Assembly (NCBI GenBank): GCA_013265495.1
Contig: MU058103.1
Span: forward strand, 62,001 to 126,000
Direction of reading: 5' to 3'
DNA: 64,000 nucleotides
Source of the DNA: Vicugna vicugna
Taxonomy: Eukaryota
In this document: one piece after another, positions 1 through 13,599 of the stretch
Position numbering within the stretch: position 1 is the stretch's first letter
Layout: every line of letters starts with the position of its first letter
The notes under the pieces: generated by a model
Database searches by the model: none
Told to the model about the DNA's origin: nothing
Seen by the model: the letters and a program-made list of their open reading frames with translations, nothing else
Made by a program: the position numbers and the translations under genes

Positions 1-739
1 TGAAAAAGGGAATGAGAACATCATTGCTGGCTTGAGCTATTTATTTGGAAGAATGTGTACTCACTTAATCAAAATCTGAACTGTGCTAGAGTGGAAGATG
101 GAAAAAATAGCTGTAGGGTAGAACCAACAATGTCTGCTATACATATCACAACAGAAGTCACTGCAGGGTAGAGAAGACATTGTGTAATTGTCACATTCAT
201 AACAGAACTGTAATTTACCAATTTACACATTTCTACTTTTATAGGTTAGGATAGTACCTAAGCTTAAATATTTATTTTAAAAAGTCAGTAAAACAATTTG
301 AAATTCTTATTGGAAATAAGGAAAAATAATTATGATCCATTTGTTACCATGCAAGTATATTCACTACAACATATCTGTGAGATAAAGAAAATTTGTTTCA
401 AGATTAAAAATCTCATTTTCATTTAAAAATTCTGTTATTCCCTTATTATTTATTATGTTATTCTACTGCCTTTCTGAAGGACATAAAAATATTCCATGCT
501 AAATAAAATATGCTAATATATCTGTTGTCAAATCTCATTTTTTAACTTATATTCCATACTGTTACTATTGAAAGAGACAGAAGTTTTTCCATGTACCTAT
601 TCTCTTTGCTCTCTTATCCGGGTCTCCCAAAGGCAGTTGTGTTACAGTGGGAAGAGAATCAGATGTGGTAGCAGGCAATGATTCTGAAAACAGAAATGGG
701 TGCAATCTCCAGTTTCAGCAGTACATCTTAAGGAAATAA

Positions 740-1130
740 TAGGAAGGAGATAATGAGTTCTATGTAAGGATTCTCACTGCATCATTATTTATATTAAGGA
801 ATAACTTAGGAATGACTCAATTACATAAAAGTAAAAGATTGATTAAGTTAACTATGGTACATCCATATACTGGAATACAATACTACTAATAAAAATGCAG
901 TGCATTAATATTTAATGCAATGGAAAGACATTCATAATAAAGTATGTGAAAATGCTGGTTCCAAAGCTGCATGAACTGAAAAATTCCAATTTTGTGGGAA
1001 GAAATTGTATATGGGTGTTTGCTTGTATGAATAAGAGGGGAGAAAATGACAGAAAAAAATATTTGAACATTGTAGTTATTTTCCATGACTGGTGAATTGT
1101 AATGTTTATGGGTTTTGTGCAGTATTTTCT
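740..1130 (+). mobile_element. Ancient L1 (L1M-type) 3'-end fragment
   Basis: Degenerate L1 3' motifs: 'aactatggtacatccatatactggaatac', 'aatggaaagacattcataata'. Boundaries approximate. Confidence 0.55.
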
Positions 1131-1769
1131 AAGTGTGTCTATTAATTTGTGTACATATATACATGTTTATACATATTATATTTACTATATATAAATATGT
1201 ATGTGTGTACATGTTTCTCTGTGTGTGTCTTGTGTGTACTGGATGCTCTTTCAAAAACAGTACTGATTTGGTATTAGAAGAGCAGGATTTAGAAGCTGAC
1301 TTTGTTCCTTGGTAACATTCTGAATCCCTCTTACTTATCTTGAAGCATCAGGGCTGATCAGGATGCATATTGTATTTGAGTCCTGATGGGTGATGGCTGA
1401 ATATATATAGAGTCCTATGGTACCATTCTTGAGATGATGGAACTCATCTCTCTAGGCTCTATTTTTCACCTTTCACTTTGAAAGTTCCCTTTTGTTTGGT
1501 CTTCTTGTTAGCTTTTTCTGTTTTCTCTCTTTCTGCCTAGTAATATTTTGCCTACGTTATTTGATTGCACATGTTCTTCAATTACTATTCCTTTGATTAT
1601 ATCTTTAACTTTTAGGCAAGCAGCCCATGGAAAAATTAGGCAATATAATACTTCACTTAGGATTCTATGTGCTCTAGCAATAAGTTCTGAGTGTGGAGAA
1701 CTTATTTTTAAGAGGATATGATAATGATGATAATTATACACTATGTGCAAGATATTCTTATTCATGCTT

Positions 1770-1950
1770 TATTTATATTAATTAATTTAATCTTTACAGC
1801 AACTCATTGATATAGATACAGTCATAATCTTTATTTTATAGATGAACAGGCTGAAACATAGCCTTACCCAAAGCATGTTGCTGGTACAATTGTAGTTCAA
1901 ACTGGATAGTCTGGCTTCAGAAGTCATACATTTAACTCCTCTGTTACTGT
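1770..1950 (-). mobile_element. MIR SINE
   Basis: Reverse MIR core 'attttatagatgaacaggctgaaac...ttacccaaag...ttcaaactggatagtctggcttcagaagtcatacatttaact'. Confidence 0.6.
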
Positions 1951-2964
1951 ATCTCCTTCATACATCTGAACTCTCTTTGGCTAGGACTCCTATGGCAACT
2001 TTATTTTCTGATATTTTCTGACCTCATCCGTAAATCAAATAACCAGTTCGAATTTTTGTATGTGTGAGATTTCAGCTCCCATCACAAGCATTGAGCTTTT
2101 ACATAGGATAGGCATTGTGCTGGGCATTGAGAATAACAATGCTGAATCTGACACAACTGTTGACCTTGAGATGTTCACACCTTAGAAGATAAAAATAAAA
2201 GCAAATAATATTTCAAGAGTAGATATTTACCTGGTAGCTAAAGTGTGACAGACAATGAATGATGTAAAGAATACATTCATGACACAGAAGTCATAAAGAT
2301 AAATATTTACTGACTTGGAGGACCTACTTTTATTAACCTAGAATCGAATCTATAAAGGTGAAGCCTTACTTTTTTATTCCTGCCTCTGTATTGTAGTGTT
2401 TGGCACATAGAAGATATTCAACAAATAGCAAATGGTTAATTAATTGAAGTAGAATATTTTAATAATATTAATAGCTGCCAGTTTTATTTAGCACTTATTC
2501 TGTATAACCACTGGGCTGTATGCTTTATATAGATAACCTTTTAAACTACTCAGTAACACTACCATGTAGTTACTGTTGCCTTCATTTTTCCAGGTGACAA
2601 ACAGAAGCTCAGAAAAATTACCTTGACTGAACTCACACTGATAATAGTAATATTATGAAGTTTGAAGCAAAAAAAACTTGCTCTTAATCATTTGTATGAT
2701 TGTTTCTTAATTAGAAAGGTTACATAGTAGAGTTTCAACATAATAGGTCCTCAAGTTCTGTTTGTTTTCTTTTCATTCATTTTCTTTTTTATTTAGCAAA
2801 TGTTTATTGAGTGCCCACTATGTGCTAGACTCTGGCTAGTTTTTGTAGATATATCAATAAATAAAACAAAGACCATCCCTATACCCTATACTTACTAAGT
2901 TTATAGTCTTTTCTTCTCCTTTATGCCAGCAGCCAATTCTCTTTTCCCTCTTTTTTTGGTATTC

Positions 2965-3108
2965 TTTTTAAAATTTTATTTTTATTGAAATATAGTTGAT
3001 TTACAATGTTGTATTAGTTTCAGGTGTATAGCAAAGTGATTACATTGTGTATATACATGCCACATCTTCTTTATCCATTCATCTGTCAGTGGACATTTAG
3101 GTTGCTTG
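2965..3108 (-). mobile_element. Short L1 3' fragment with an internal deletion
   Basis: T-rich tail, then 'attgaaatatagttgatttacaatgttgtattagtttcaggtgtatagcaaagtgatt' (L1 3' terminus). It jumps directly to 'cattgtgtatatacatgccacatcttctttatccattcatctgtcagtggacatttaggttg' (ORF2 C-terminal region). Confidence 0.8.
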
Positions 3109-3544
3109 ATATTTATTGTAATTTCTCTTCTCAAACACCTACTATTCAACTTGTCTTACATTTCACTATTTGAACTCTTATTCTTTCTTATGCTACAAAC
3201 ACCTCATTTCTATCCTGTGCAACTCATTATTTCATGTAAGTTTATCAATATATTTTGATTATAAATTTGATATTTGTAATCAATTCCACTGTTCACTGTT
3301 GCTCTGTCTGCTCTCTTTCTGACCAGGGATAATCGGCAGTAATTGTACCTCGAATCTCTCATTCACAGTCATGAGGTAATTTCCTAAATCTCAAGCCCTC
3401 TGGGTATTTATGGGAAGAATTTCCAAGGTACTTAAATAGCATGTTTATTTAAAATATGAATTATGTTCAGAACCATATTCCACTTCTGAGTATCTATCTT
3501 AAAAAAGATACTTGTGCATAGAGTTACAAAAACATCATTTGCTT

Positions 3545-4525
3545 TCTGTCTGTTATTGCTTTCTGTGGTTTGCCTAAAACATCTTTGCCTATCTTCAGAT
3601 CATGCAGATATTCTTTTACTATGTTTTCTACTAAAATTTTATCATTCTAGATATCTGACCATTTAGATATCTGATCCACCTTGAATTAATTTTGTATACA
3701 CGCGAGAAACGTATGGAGATTTTTTTTTCTTTTCATACTAATAACCTGTTGTTTGGCATCAATTATCAAAAACATTTTACTTTCAATTTGAGTTTGTTGG
3801 TGACTTTGTGGAAATTATTAATGTGGATCTTTGAATGATTCTCTATTTGATTCCACTTTTATGTATTTTGGATTTGTTATGCGTCTTGATTACTGCAGCT
3901 TCATAGAAAAGGCTGAAGTCAAGTAGTGTGTGTACTACAGTTTCATCCTTCTTTTTCACATATTTGGTCAGTTCTCTGTCATTTGCATTTCCCGGTTCAT
4001 TTTAGATTTAGCTGATCAGTTCTGGTTAAATTTACAGCAGTGATTATTATTGAGATTGTATCAAATCTATAGATTAATTAGGGGAGATTTTTCATATTAA
4101 CAATATTTAGGTTTCTATTCCATGAATACTTTAATGCTCTCCTTTTACTTGGGTCTAATTTATCTAAGCAATATTTTATATTTTTTAGTGTAATAATTTT
4201 TCCCATTCTTTGTTAAGTTTATTTCACTGTACTTTACAAATTTTGAAGCTATCTTAAATAGAATTTAAAAAATATTTTCCAACTGTATGTTGTTTCTGGT
4301 ATATGGAAATACAATTGATCTTTTAAAAGTGAACTTTTATCTTGGAACTTTGTAAACATGCTTATTAATTTTAGGAATTTGTTTGTTAATTTTTAGGACT
4401 TCCTACATAAGCAGTCATAACTAAGATTAAGGATTGTATTAACACATCCTTTCTCATCTTTATATTTTTATTACTTTTTCTGTTTTCTTTACCCTCCACT
4501 ATTATGTCAAATAGAAAGGATGAGA
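3545..4525 (-). mobile_element. Old, degraded L1 ORF2 fragment
   Basis: Antisense L1 motifs: 'atccaccttgaattaattttgtata', 'tcttgattactgcagcttcatag', 'aaatctatagattaattagggag', 'tatggaaatacaattgatcttt'. Confidence 0.7.
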
Positions 4526-4529
4526 GAGA

Positions 4530-4990
4530 ACTAAAACAACCCAAATGTTCATCTACAAGTGAATAAAAAAATAATTTATGGTATATTTATATAATATAAT
4601 ACTGTTCAGCAATAAAAATAAATGAACTGTTGATACATGCAACAATATGCTTAAGTTTTAAAATTATTTAGGTCAGTGAGATAAGTCAGAAAAGTAAATA
4701 TATACTGTATGAATTTGTTTATATAAAATTCTGGAAAAATGCAAACTCTTCTATACTGAAAGAAAGGAGATTAGTTTTTGCCTAGTGATGGAAGGAGCCA
4801 TGGATAGAGGAAAGCAGGATACAGTGAATACAGAGGAGCACAGGAAGCTTTGCAGGGAGGGGTGAATGATATATGCATTTTCTTGACTGTAGTGATGGTT
4901 TCCACTGGTGGTGCCAGTTTTTTTCCTCAAATTTTATACTCTAAATGTAATTTACTATAAGTTAATTATACTTCATTATGGCTGTAAAGA
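4530..4990 (+). mobile_element. Ancient L1 (L1ME-like) 3' end
   Basis: 'aaacaacccaaatgttcatctacaag...aatgaactgttgatacatgcaacaata...tatactgtatg...aaatgcaaact...tcttgactgtagtgatggttt...aattatacttcatta'. Confidence 0.75.
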
Positions 4991-5084
4991 TGTTAACAAA
5001 TGTGAAAAATGAACCAAATATAAATTAAAATCCTTCTACTAAACAATTCTTGGGTGAAAAGAAAATATAATTTGTTAAAACATA

Positions 5085-5345
5085 TTACAATGCCTTTGCA
5101 ATTAAAACAGTATAGTATGTGTCCTTGATTGGACAGACATACTAATGGAATAAAATAGCAAGTCCAGAAATAGGTACAACCACATTTAGAAATATAGTGT
5201 GTGACACATTTGATATGTCAATCACTGGATAAAAATAGAATTTTAGTAATTGTTGTTGGGACATCTGAATAGCCACTTGGAAAAAATATACAATTAGATC
5301 CATTCCTCACACTATACGCAAGTATAAGCTCCAAATGAATCATTA
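5085..5345 (+). mobile_element. Old L1 ORF2 fragment
   Basis: 'attaaaacagtatagtat...aatggaataaaatagcaagtccagaaatag...attagatccattcctcacactatac'. Confidence 0.6.
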
Positions 5346-5589
5346 TTTTATGGGCATTCCACTAAATAGTTTCATGTATCACTTTCATTCATTGTTTATA
5401 TCTGAGTAATACAGTATGAGATAGGCCACAATTTAACTATTCTTCTGTACATCATAGGTGTTTCCAGCTTTTGACTATTATAAATAAAGCTGCTATAAAC
5501 ACTCATGGTCAGGCTTTTGTGTGTACATAAGTCTTTGTTTCTTTGGGATATCCAGGAGTTCAATACTTTATTATATGGTAGCTATTAAT

Positions 5590-8500
5590 CAATTATAAAG
5601 CTAATATGAAGGTTAAGGACAAAAGTGGCTAAAAATAACTATAATTACAGCAATTAGTAAAGGAATGCACAAAATAAGAGATATAAAATGTGACATAAGA
5701 AAGTAACGTGAAAGAGGGTGAATAAAAACCTGCGGTTTTAGAATTTGTTCAAACTTGACTTGTTATCAACTTAAAATAGACCTTTATAAGTCTAACATAT
5801 GTGACCCTAATGGTAACCATCAAGCAAAACTCTATAGTAGATATTCAAAAATAATGAGAATGGAATCTAAATATAACATCATCAAACCACAAGGAAAGAG
5901 CAAGAGAAGAAGGAACAGAGAATAACAACAAAACAACCAGAAAACAGTGAACAAAATGGCAGTAAGTATACACCTATCTATAATAACTTTAAATAAAAAT
6001 GAATTAAATGCGTCAATCAAAAAATATAAAGTGGCTGAATGGATTAAAGACAAGTCTATGTGCTGCCAATAAAAACTTTGTATATAAGGATATACACAGA
6101 CTGAAATTGAAGGGATGGAAAAAGATATTTCATGCAAAAGGAAACCAAAAGAAAGCTGGAATAGCTACATTTTATCATGAAGCAGATTTTAAAACAAAGA
6201 CTGTGATAAAAGACAAAATGATCATTGCATGAAGACTCAATCCAACAATAAGATATAACATTTGTGATATATAGGCACCCAACATAGATGCCCCTAAGTA
6301 TAAAGCAAATACTAACAGACCTAAAGGAAGAAATTGACAAGCAAACAATAATAGTAGGGAACTTCAGTAGCCCACTCAAAACAGTGGATAGGTCATGCAA
6401 ACTGAAAAGTAATGAGGAATCATTGCCCTTAAATGACACAGTATACCAGATAAACTCAGTAGACATACACAGAACATTAAATCCCAAACTGAAATACATG
6501 TTCTTCTCAAGTGGCCATTAAACATTCTCTAGGAAGTCCAACAACCAGTGGCTCAATGAAGAAAACAAAGGTTAAATTAAAACATATCTTGAGACAAATG
6601 AGAATGAAAATATAACATGCCAAAATCTATGGGATGCAGCAAAAGCAGTTAGAAGAGGAAAGTTCATAGAGATACAGGACTACATCGAGAAACAAGAAAA
6701 ATTGCAAATAAACAATCTAACTTTACACCTAAAGGAAGTAGAAAAAAGAAAAACAAATGAAACCCAAAGTTATTAGAAGGAAGAAAATGATAAAGATCAG
6801 GGGGGAAGTAAATGAAATAGACACACACACACACACAAATACATTTAATTAAACAAAGAGCTGGTTCTTTGAAAAGATAAACAAAATTGAGAAACATTTA
6901 GACTCACCAAGAAAAAAAGAGAGAGAACTCAAATAAATAAAATCAGAAATGAAAGAGAAGTTACAAATGATACCACAAAAATATAATGATCATAAGAGAT
7001 ACTGTGAATAATTATATGCCTAAAAGAAATGGTTGAATTCCTAGAAACATGCAATCTTCCAAGATTGAACCATAAAGAAATAGAATATCTGAACAGACCA
7101 ATTATTGGTAAGGAGATTGAACCAATATTAAAAAATTGCCCAGCAACCAAAAGTACAGGATCAGATAGCTTCAATGGTGAAATCTACAAAGGATTAAAAA
7201 AAGATTGAATATTTATCCTTCTCAAACTCTTCAAAAAATTGAGGAGAAAGGAAGGCTTCCAAATTCATTTTATGAGACCAGCATTACCCTGATACCAAAC
7301 CAAAGAAAGATACAACAACAAAGAAGAAAATTACAGAGAAATATCCCTGATGAACATAGATGCAAAAATCATAAAACTATTAGCAAATCAAATTCAACAA
7401 TATGTTAAAAGAGCAGACACCATGATCAAGTGCAGTTTATTCCAGGTGTGCAAAGATGGTTCAACATCTGCAAGTAAATCAATGTGATAAACTACATTAA
7501 TGAAATAAAAGATGAAAATCATATCACCATCTCAATAAATGAAGAAAAAGTTTTTGACAAAACTCAACATCTATTTATGATAAACTCTCAACAAAGCGAA
7601 TATAAACATACCTCAACATAATAAAGGCCATATATGACAAGACTACAGCTAATATCACACTCAGTGATGAAAAGCTAAAGTGTTTCCTCTAAAATCAGGA
7701 ATAAGACAAAGATGCCCACTTTCACCACTTTTATTCACCATAGTTTTGGAAGCCTGAACCACAAGAATTAGGCAAGAAAAATAAATAAAGCCATCCAGAT
7801 TGGAAAGGAAGAAATAAAACTATCACTATTTGCAAATGACATACACTATATTTAGCAAAGCCTAAAGACTCACCAAAAAAAACTGTTAGAAATAATAAAT
7901 GAATTCAGGAAAGTTTCAGAATACAAAATCAATATACAAAAAAGCTGGCATTTCTATACACTGTTAACAAATTATCAGGAAGAGAAATTAAGAAAATGAT
8001 CCCATTTACAATTGCATCAGAAAGAATAAAATACTTAGAAATAAATTTAGCCAAGGAAGTGAAAGATCTTTATACTGAAAACTATAAGGTATTGATGAAA
8101 GTAATTAAAGACCAAAAAATGGAAAAATATTTTATGTGAATAGATTGGAAGAATTAATATTTTGAAAATGTCCATAGTACCCAAAGCAATCTACAGATTC
8201 AGTGCAATCTCTATCATAATTCCAATGGTATATTTCACAAAACTAGAACAAATAATCTAAGATTTGTATGGAACCACAAAAGATCCCAAATAACCAAAGC
8301 AGTCTTGAGAAAGAACAAAGCTGTAACTATCATGCTCCCTTACCTCAAACTATATTATAAAGATATGGTAATTAAAACAGTATGAAATTGGCATAAAAAC
8401 AGAGATCAATGGAACATTGATATAGAGCCCAGAAATAATCCCACACGTATAAAACAATTAATTTATAACAAAGAAGCCAAGAATAGTCTCTTCAATAAAT

Positions 8501-9738
8501 GGTGTTAGGAAAACTAGACAGCACATACAAAAGAATGAAACTAGACTACTGTCTAACACCATACACAAAAGTTAACTCAAAATGAATTAAAGACTTGAAT
8601 GTAAGATCTGAAACGATAAAATTCGTAGAGTAAAACATAAGCAGTAATCTCCCTGACATTAGGCTTAGCACTTGTTTTTTTTTTTTTTTTTTTGATCTGA
8701 CTTCAAAGCTACACAAACAGAAACAAAAAACAAATAATGGACTAAAAAGCTCTGTGCAATGAAGGAAATCAATAAAATAAAAAGGAAGCATGCAAAATGG
8801 GCAAAAATATTTGCAAATAATGTATCAGATAAGGGTTAATAGCCAAAATATAACAAGATTTCACACAACCCCAAAACAAAAAGGCAAATGACTCAATTAC
8901 AAAATGAACATAGAATCTGAATAGACATTTTTCCAAAGAAGACACTGTCAGGGAAATGCAAGTCAAAACCACAGTGAGATACCACCTCATGCATGTTAAA
9001 ATGGTTCTTATCAAAAAGACAAGAAGTAACAAATGTTGGAGAGGATGTAGAGAAAAGGGAATCCTTGCACACTGTTGGTAGGAATGTAGATTGATGTAAT
9101 CACTGTTAAAAACAGTATGGCAATTCATCAAAAAAAAAAAAAGAATAGAACTACCATATGATTCAGCTGTTCCAGTTTGGGTATTTATCCAAAGAATATA
9201 AAAAGTAATTTGAAAAGATGTATGTACCCCTATGTTCATTGTAGCATTATTTACCAGAGCCAAGATATAGAAACAACCTACATATCTATCGATAGATGTA
9301 TGGGTAAGGAAGATATGGTATATATATAATATACAATGGAATACTATTCAGCCATAAAAGAGAAGAAATTCTTGCTATTTTTGAAAACATGGATGGACCA
9401 TGAGGGTATTATTCCGAGTCAGATAAGTCAAATTGAGAAAGACAGATACTGTGTGATTTCACTTTTATGTGGAATCTAAAATACGAAATAAATGAACAAA
9501 CAAAATAAAACAAAAACTCAGAACAGATTTGTGGTTCCTAGTGGGGAAGGAGCTTGGGGATGAGGTGAGATGGATGAAGGGACTGAAGTTTATGGTGATA
9601 GTTACAACTAGACTTAAAGGTGATAGTTACAACTAGACTTAAAGTGATGATCACTTTGTAGTGTATGTAAAATTAAATTATAATGTGGTACCCCTGAAAT
9701 TTATATAATATTCTATACTAATTTTACCTCAATAAAAG
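5590..9738 (+). mobile_element. 5'-truncated, inactivated LINE-1: inter-ORF region, ORF2 remnant (endonuclease, RT, C-terminus) and 3'UTR
   Basis: ORF2 start near 5956 (ATGGCAGTAAGT). Peptides 'HRLKLKGWKKIFHAKGNQKKAG', 'IKQILTDLKEEIDKQTIIVGNFSSPL' and 'LPNSFYETSITLIP' are present, as is the RT motif region 'ctatttgcaaatgacatacac' (~7826, cf. FADD). The 3'UTR ends 'ttttacctcaataaaa'. There are many frameshifts, stops and internal deletions (~6535, ~8484, ~8947). Confidence 0.95.
9594..9643 (+). repeat. Perfect 25-bp tandem duplication in the L1 3'UTR
   Basis: GGTGATAGTTACAACTAGACTTAAA x2 (9594-9618, 9619-9643). Confidence 0.95.
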
Positions 9739-10409
9739 TTTAATCCACAGGCATAAATTTCAAACTGTTAAAAATCTTTAAGTGTTGCTTACTGGTGACA
9801 AAACTTGCAAACTGGGACAAGTATGTGATGCACAGTTTGTGCTTTGGTTTATTTTTTTCTTTTACTTCCAAGTGTTTTCTGCTATCTTGTTTAAGGAATT
9901 TTTCATATTTCCAACAATATTTTTATTATCTTCAATAATTTTTAATTTTACTTTTTGCATTTGGGCATAGGTGAATTCATCTGATCTCTGTCTATGATGT
10001 GAGATAAGAGTTCAGTTTCTTTTTTTTTCCGTATGGATATCAAATTGTCCTCTCTCATTTGTAAAGGTTGTCCTTTATGCACTGCTTTATCCAGTGCTAG
10101 CTCTCTCATGTATCATGGATTCATTAATGTATAGTGTGTTTCTGGGCTTCTATCTTTTATAATGGTGGCCTGTACAACTATCCTGGCATATAGTAGGCTA
10201 AAGTAAACCTAGGAAACTCACTACCATTTTCCTCAGGTCCCTGGTCCCCTACCTGGTCTTCCTTTTCTCTCTACTTTTCAGAATCTTTATGTTTATTTTA
10301 CATATAATGCCCAGAATTTTTCATTTTACTTACTGAGATGAATTGGGAAAAAATATGTCTACTTCACGTTCTTGGATGCAGAAGTCCAGGAGGTTTTTTA
10401 TTTTGTAGT

Positions 10410-12300
10410 GATAATAAATGAAGCAAATCGGAAGTATGCTGGTATTATGGGGAGCCAGGATTATCAATAAGGCAAAAGAGATATACAAGTGTGAATGGGG
10501 GAAGACATCAAAGGATGCTCTAGGGATGGATTGGAACTGGAGGTATTGGTATAAATTCATGGTTTTTTTTTTAATTGACGTATAGTCAGTTATAATGTGT
10601 CAATTTGTGGTATACAGCATAATGTCCCATTCATGCATATACATATATACATATATACATATATTTATTTTCATATTCTTTTTCATTAAAGGTTATTACA
10701 AGGTATTGAATATAGTTCCCTGTGCTATACAGAAGAAATTTGTTTTTTAACCTATTTTTATATATAGTGGTTAACATTTGCAAGTCTTAAACTCCCAAAT
10801 TTATCCCTTCCCACCCCCTTTCTCTGGTAACCATAATATTATGTACTATATCTATGAGTCTAATATTGCTATATATGTGTTTTTACATTGTTCATGCATA
10901 TGATATGTATATGTGTATATTATGTTCCCTGTTTATGTGTAGGTATGTGCATACACATGTGTATATTTGTGCTTATAGTTCCTAGCTTTGCCTGCTATAA
11001 AAGCCAAGAAACAAGGAACACCTATTCCCCCATAGAAACATACTTTGTGACCAGATTATTACTTCTAATGCCATTCTTCAGTTAAAAAAATGAAAACAAA
11101 AAGGCAAACAAAAATCAAGACTCCACAAAAGAATGGCTGACTTCAGAGTTAGAGTGAGATACATTCAAGGTGATCTGAGACCATCTTATCTTTCCAGATA
11201 GCTAAAATATTTTAAAGTAAAAAATGCTAAAAATAATGTAGCATGTTATAAAGACATGAGAACCGGTTGAAAAGGGTTCCAACTGATCAATCTGGGAGCT
11301 TCAAAATAAACACAGTAATGAACTATAGATCATTGAAAAAAATAAGATTCCGTGAATCGTTTCTGAAAACAGAAAGAGAGAGAGAGAGGTAAAAGATGGT
11401 GAAAAATGAGGTCTTTTGCTAATGATACCCAGTGTGCTATGGATATAAAGAGTACTGGAGTCAGAAAATTATTATTTTGCAACCATCATATTATCTGTGG
11501 ATGTTAATATAAGGGGAAATTTTGATGGGTGCAAGATGTGTGCATGGCATTAGAGTGCTTTTCCACAGATCACTTAATAGTTAAGGGGGAAAGCAGTAAT
11601 TAGAGAGTGTAGAAATAAGAAAAGAACATGACTGGATAATCAAAATTTACAGAACCAGTGAGGGGTAGATGAACCTTGTATGCCTTTAGATGTGATACTC
11701 TGAGAAGAACACATCAGTTATGCAATATTCCAACTGAGAATGCATAACCTGAATCTAATCTTTAGGAAATGTAAGACAAATGCAAAATTGGAACTGTTTT
11801 ATTCTGAAAAAAAGAGAGAAATGAATTCTTCCAAAGTGTTGTAAAAACCAAAGAATAGCTATGGAATTTCAAGATTAAAAGACGTTGAAAATACATGACA
11901 GCTAAATGCAACAGCTGACCGTAGATTGGATACTCTCCTGGAGGGAAAAGGGTTGTAAAGGACATTATTAGTTCAAGTGGCAAATTGGAAAATGGATAAT
12001 AAGTTAGATTAAGCCTATATTAGTGTTAAATTTACTGAGGTTGATAAAAGTACTTGATTATGTAGAGAAATGTCACTACTCATAAAATGTACACTGAAAT
12101 AACCAGTAAAGGGACATGATATATGTATATTATCCTCAAATGTCTCCTCTTTCTCTCTCTCTCTTTCTGCCTGTAGATCAAATGGTAGAGCAGATGAGCT
12201 AAAGGTTAATGATAAATAAATCTAAATAAAGGACATACAGGTGTTTTGTGTTGTTTTTCTCTTGTATGCATGATTGAAGTTATTCCCAAGTTTAAAAAAA
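10410..12300 (+). mobile_element. Old L1 (L1MC-like) long 3' region, interrupted by a younger L1 fragment
   Basis: 'ggattggaactggaggtattggtataaattcatgg', 'aatgcataacctgaatctaatc', 'agattaaaagacgttgaaaatacatgacagctaaatgcaac', 'tgtaaaggacattatt'. Subfamily tentative. Confidence 0.65.
10563..10862 (-). mobile_element. Younger L1 3'UTR fragment
   Basis: Poly-T, then 'aattgacgtatagtcagttataatgtgtcaattt...ggttattacaaggtattgaatatagttccctgtgctatacag'. Closely similar to the copy at 56791-57119. Confidence 0.85.
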
Positions 12301-12399
12301 AGGTTTTTTAATTAGTTTCCATAGTTGCATAAATTCTTAAAAATGGGCCTTGAAAAGATTGTTAGCCATTGACTGTCCTGCTCTCTGTCTTGCTGCCCT

Positions 12400-12530
12400 A
12401 ATCTACAAAATGGGGATAATACTATGCTCTACTTCATGATGTTGTTCTGAAGATCAAAAATATGAATAAATGCAAAATGCCTAGAAAATGCCTTGTAAGT
12501 AGTAAGTACTCAATAAACATTAACTTTCAT
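12400..12530 (+). mobile_element. MIR SINE
   Basis: 'atctacaaaatggggataataactatgctctacttcatgatgttgttctgaagatcaaa...tagtaagtactcaataaacatta'. Confidence 0.7.
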
Positions 12531-13599
12531 CGTGTGCTTGCGGTGGCGGTGGTGGTGGTGGTAGCGGTGGTCATTACCATCATCATCGTTAGAGATCAAA
12601 GCTTGGGAATCCAGGGACTTCATGACAGATCAGACTGACGCCAAGTATCTTGATTCTCATTTCTGCTCTTTTTTACTGTATTGCATTTCTTGATTTGAGT
12701 TTGGTCTAATACTGCTAGTGGCAGACCCTAATCTGAGAGAAGATTATCCCAGCCTCTAATTCCTTTTTGCAGATACAGGGCATGGGAAGTGATATATGTT
12801 CAAGGGCAAGTTCTCTTTTGACTTTTCTGACAGGTTGGTTCTAGAATCTGAAGTCAAAGGGAATAGCTCCGAGTTCAGCAGTGAAATTTCTCATATTGTT
12901 TAGGGTATAGATCCTGAGAGGGTTTCTTTGTGTTTCCTAGAACTTTGCACATTCTTCGTGGCAGTTTTTTTAATCTGGAACTTACAGTTAACCCTTTGTA
13001 ATTTCCAAAGCATTTTAATGTGATCTTTAAGTGATTCACTGATAGGATAGCAAAAGGCTTTCCTCATACTTGGCATTGGATTAATGTTTAAAGAAAACCT
13101 GAGTTGGATTTGAACTCAGATTCTGCTTCCAGTCCCAAACATTTATGCCTGTGATGGTGGAATCTCTGATTTTAAAAGTACTTTATTACTTTATTAGTTG
13201 AAACCATCATAATTTGATTGTTATAAATCCAGGTCTGCATCTAACAGATCTCTGTGGGATAAATATTTTGAGTTGCCTTCTAGGTAAGAGACTATTCTGA
13301 TTTTTAAAAAAAACAACCTAAACAGGTTTTTGTTTGTTTGTTTGTTTGTTTTTACTTTGTAAAAAGTTTTCTGACTTAGAGATTCATCGAGTAGATTCTG
13401 TGCTGGAGACATAGGGGCTTAAAGGGAAAAAAATCATTTTTAGATATAAAATGTTGAGCGGAGATACCTTTTTTTTTTTAATTTGAGTGCTTATGAGGAA
13501 AGCTCTTGTCTCTGAGGCTTGATTCCATCTCCTTTACTTGATTGACTGTTAAATCTATTGATGAGTGAGTTTAGCCAGAATCCCCAGCAGCAAGGTCAG

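Noticed and set aside
6056..9263. Longest ORFs in the track (147 aa and 164 aa, minus strand)
   Set aside because: Antisense frames of the decayed L1 ORF2.
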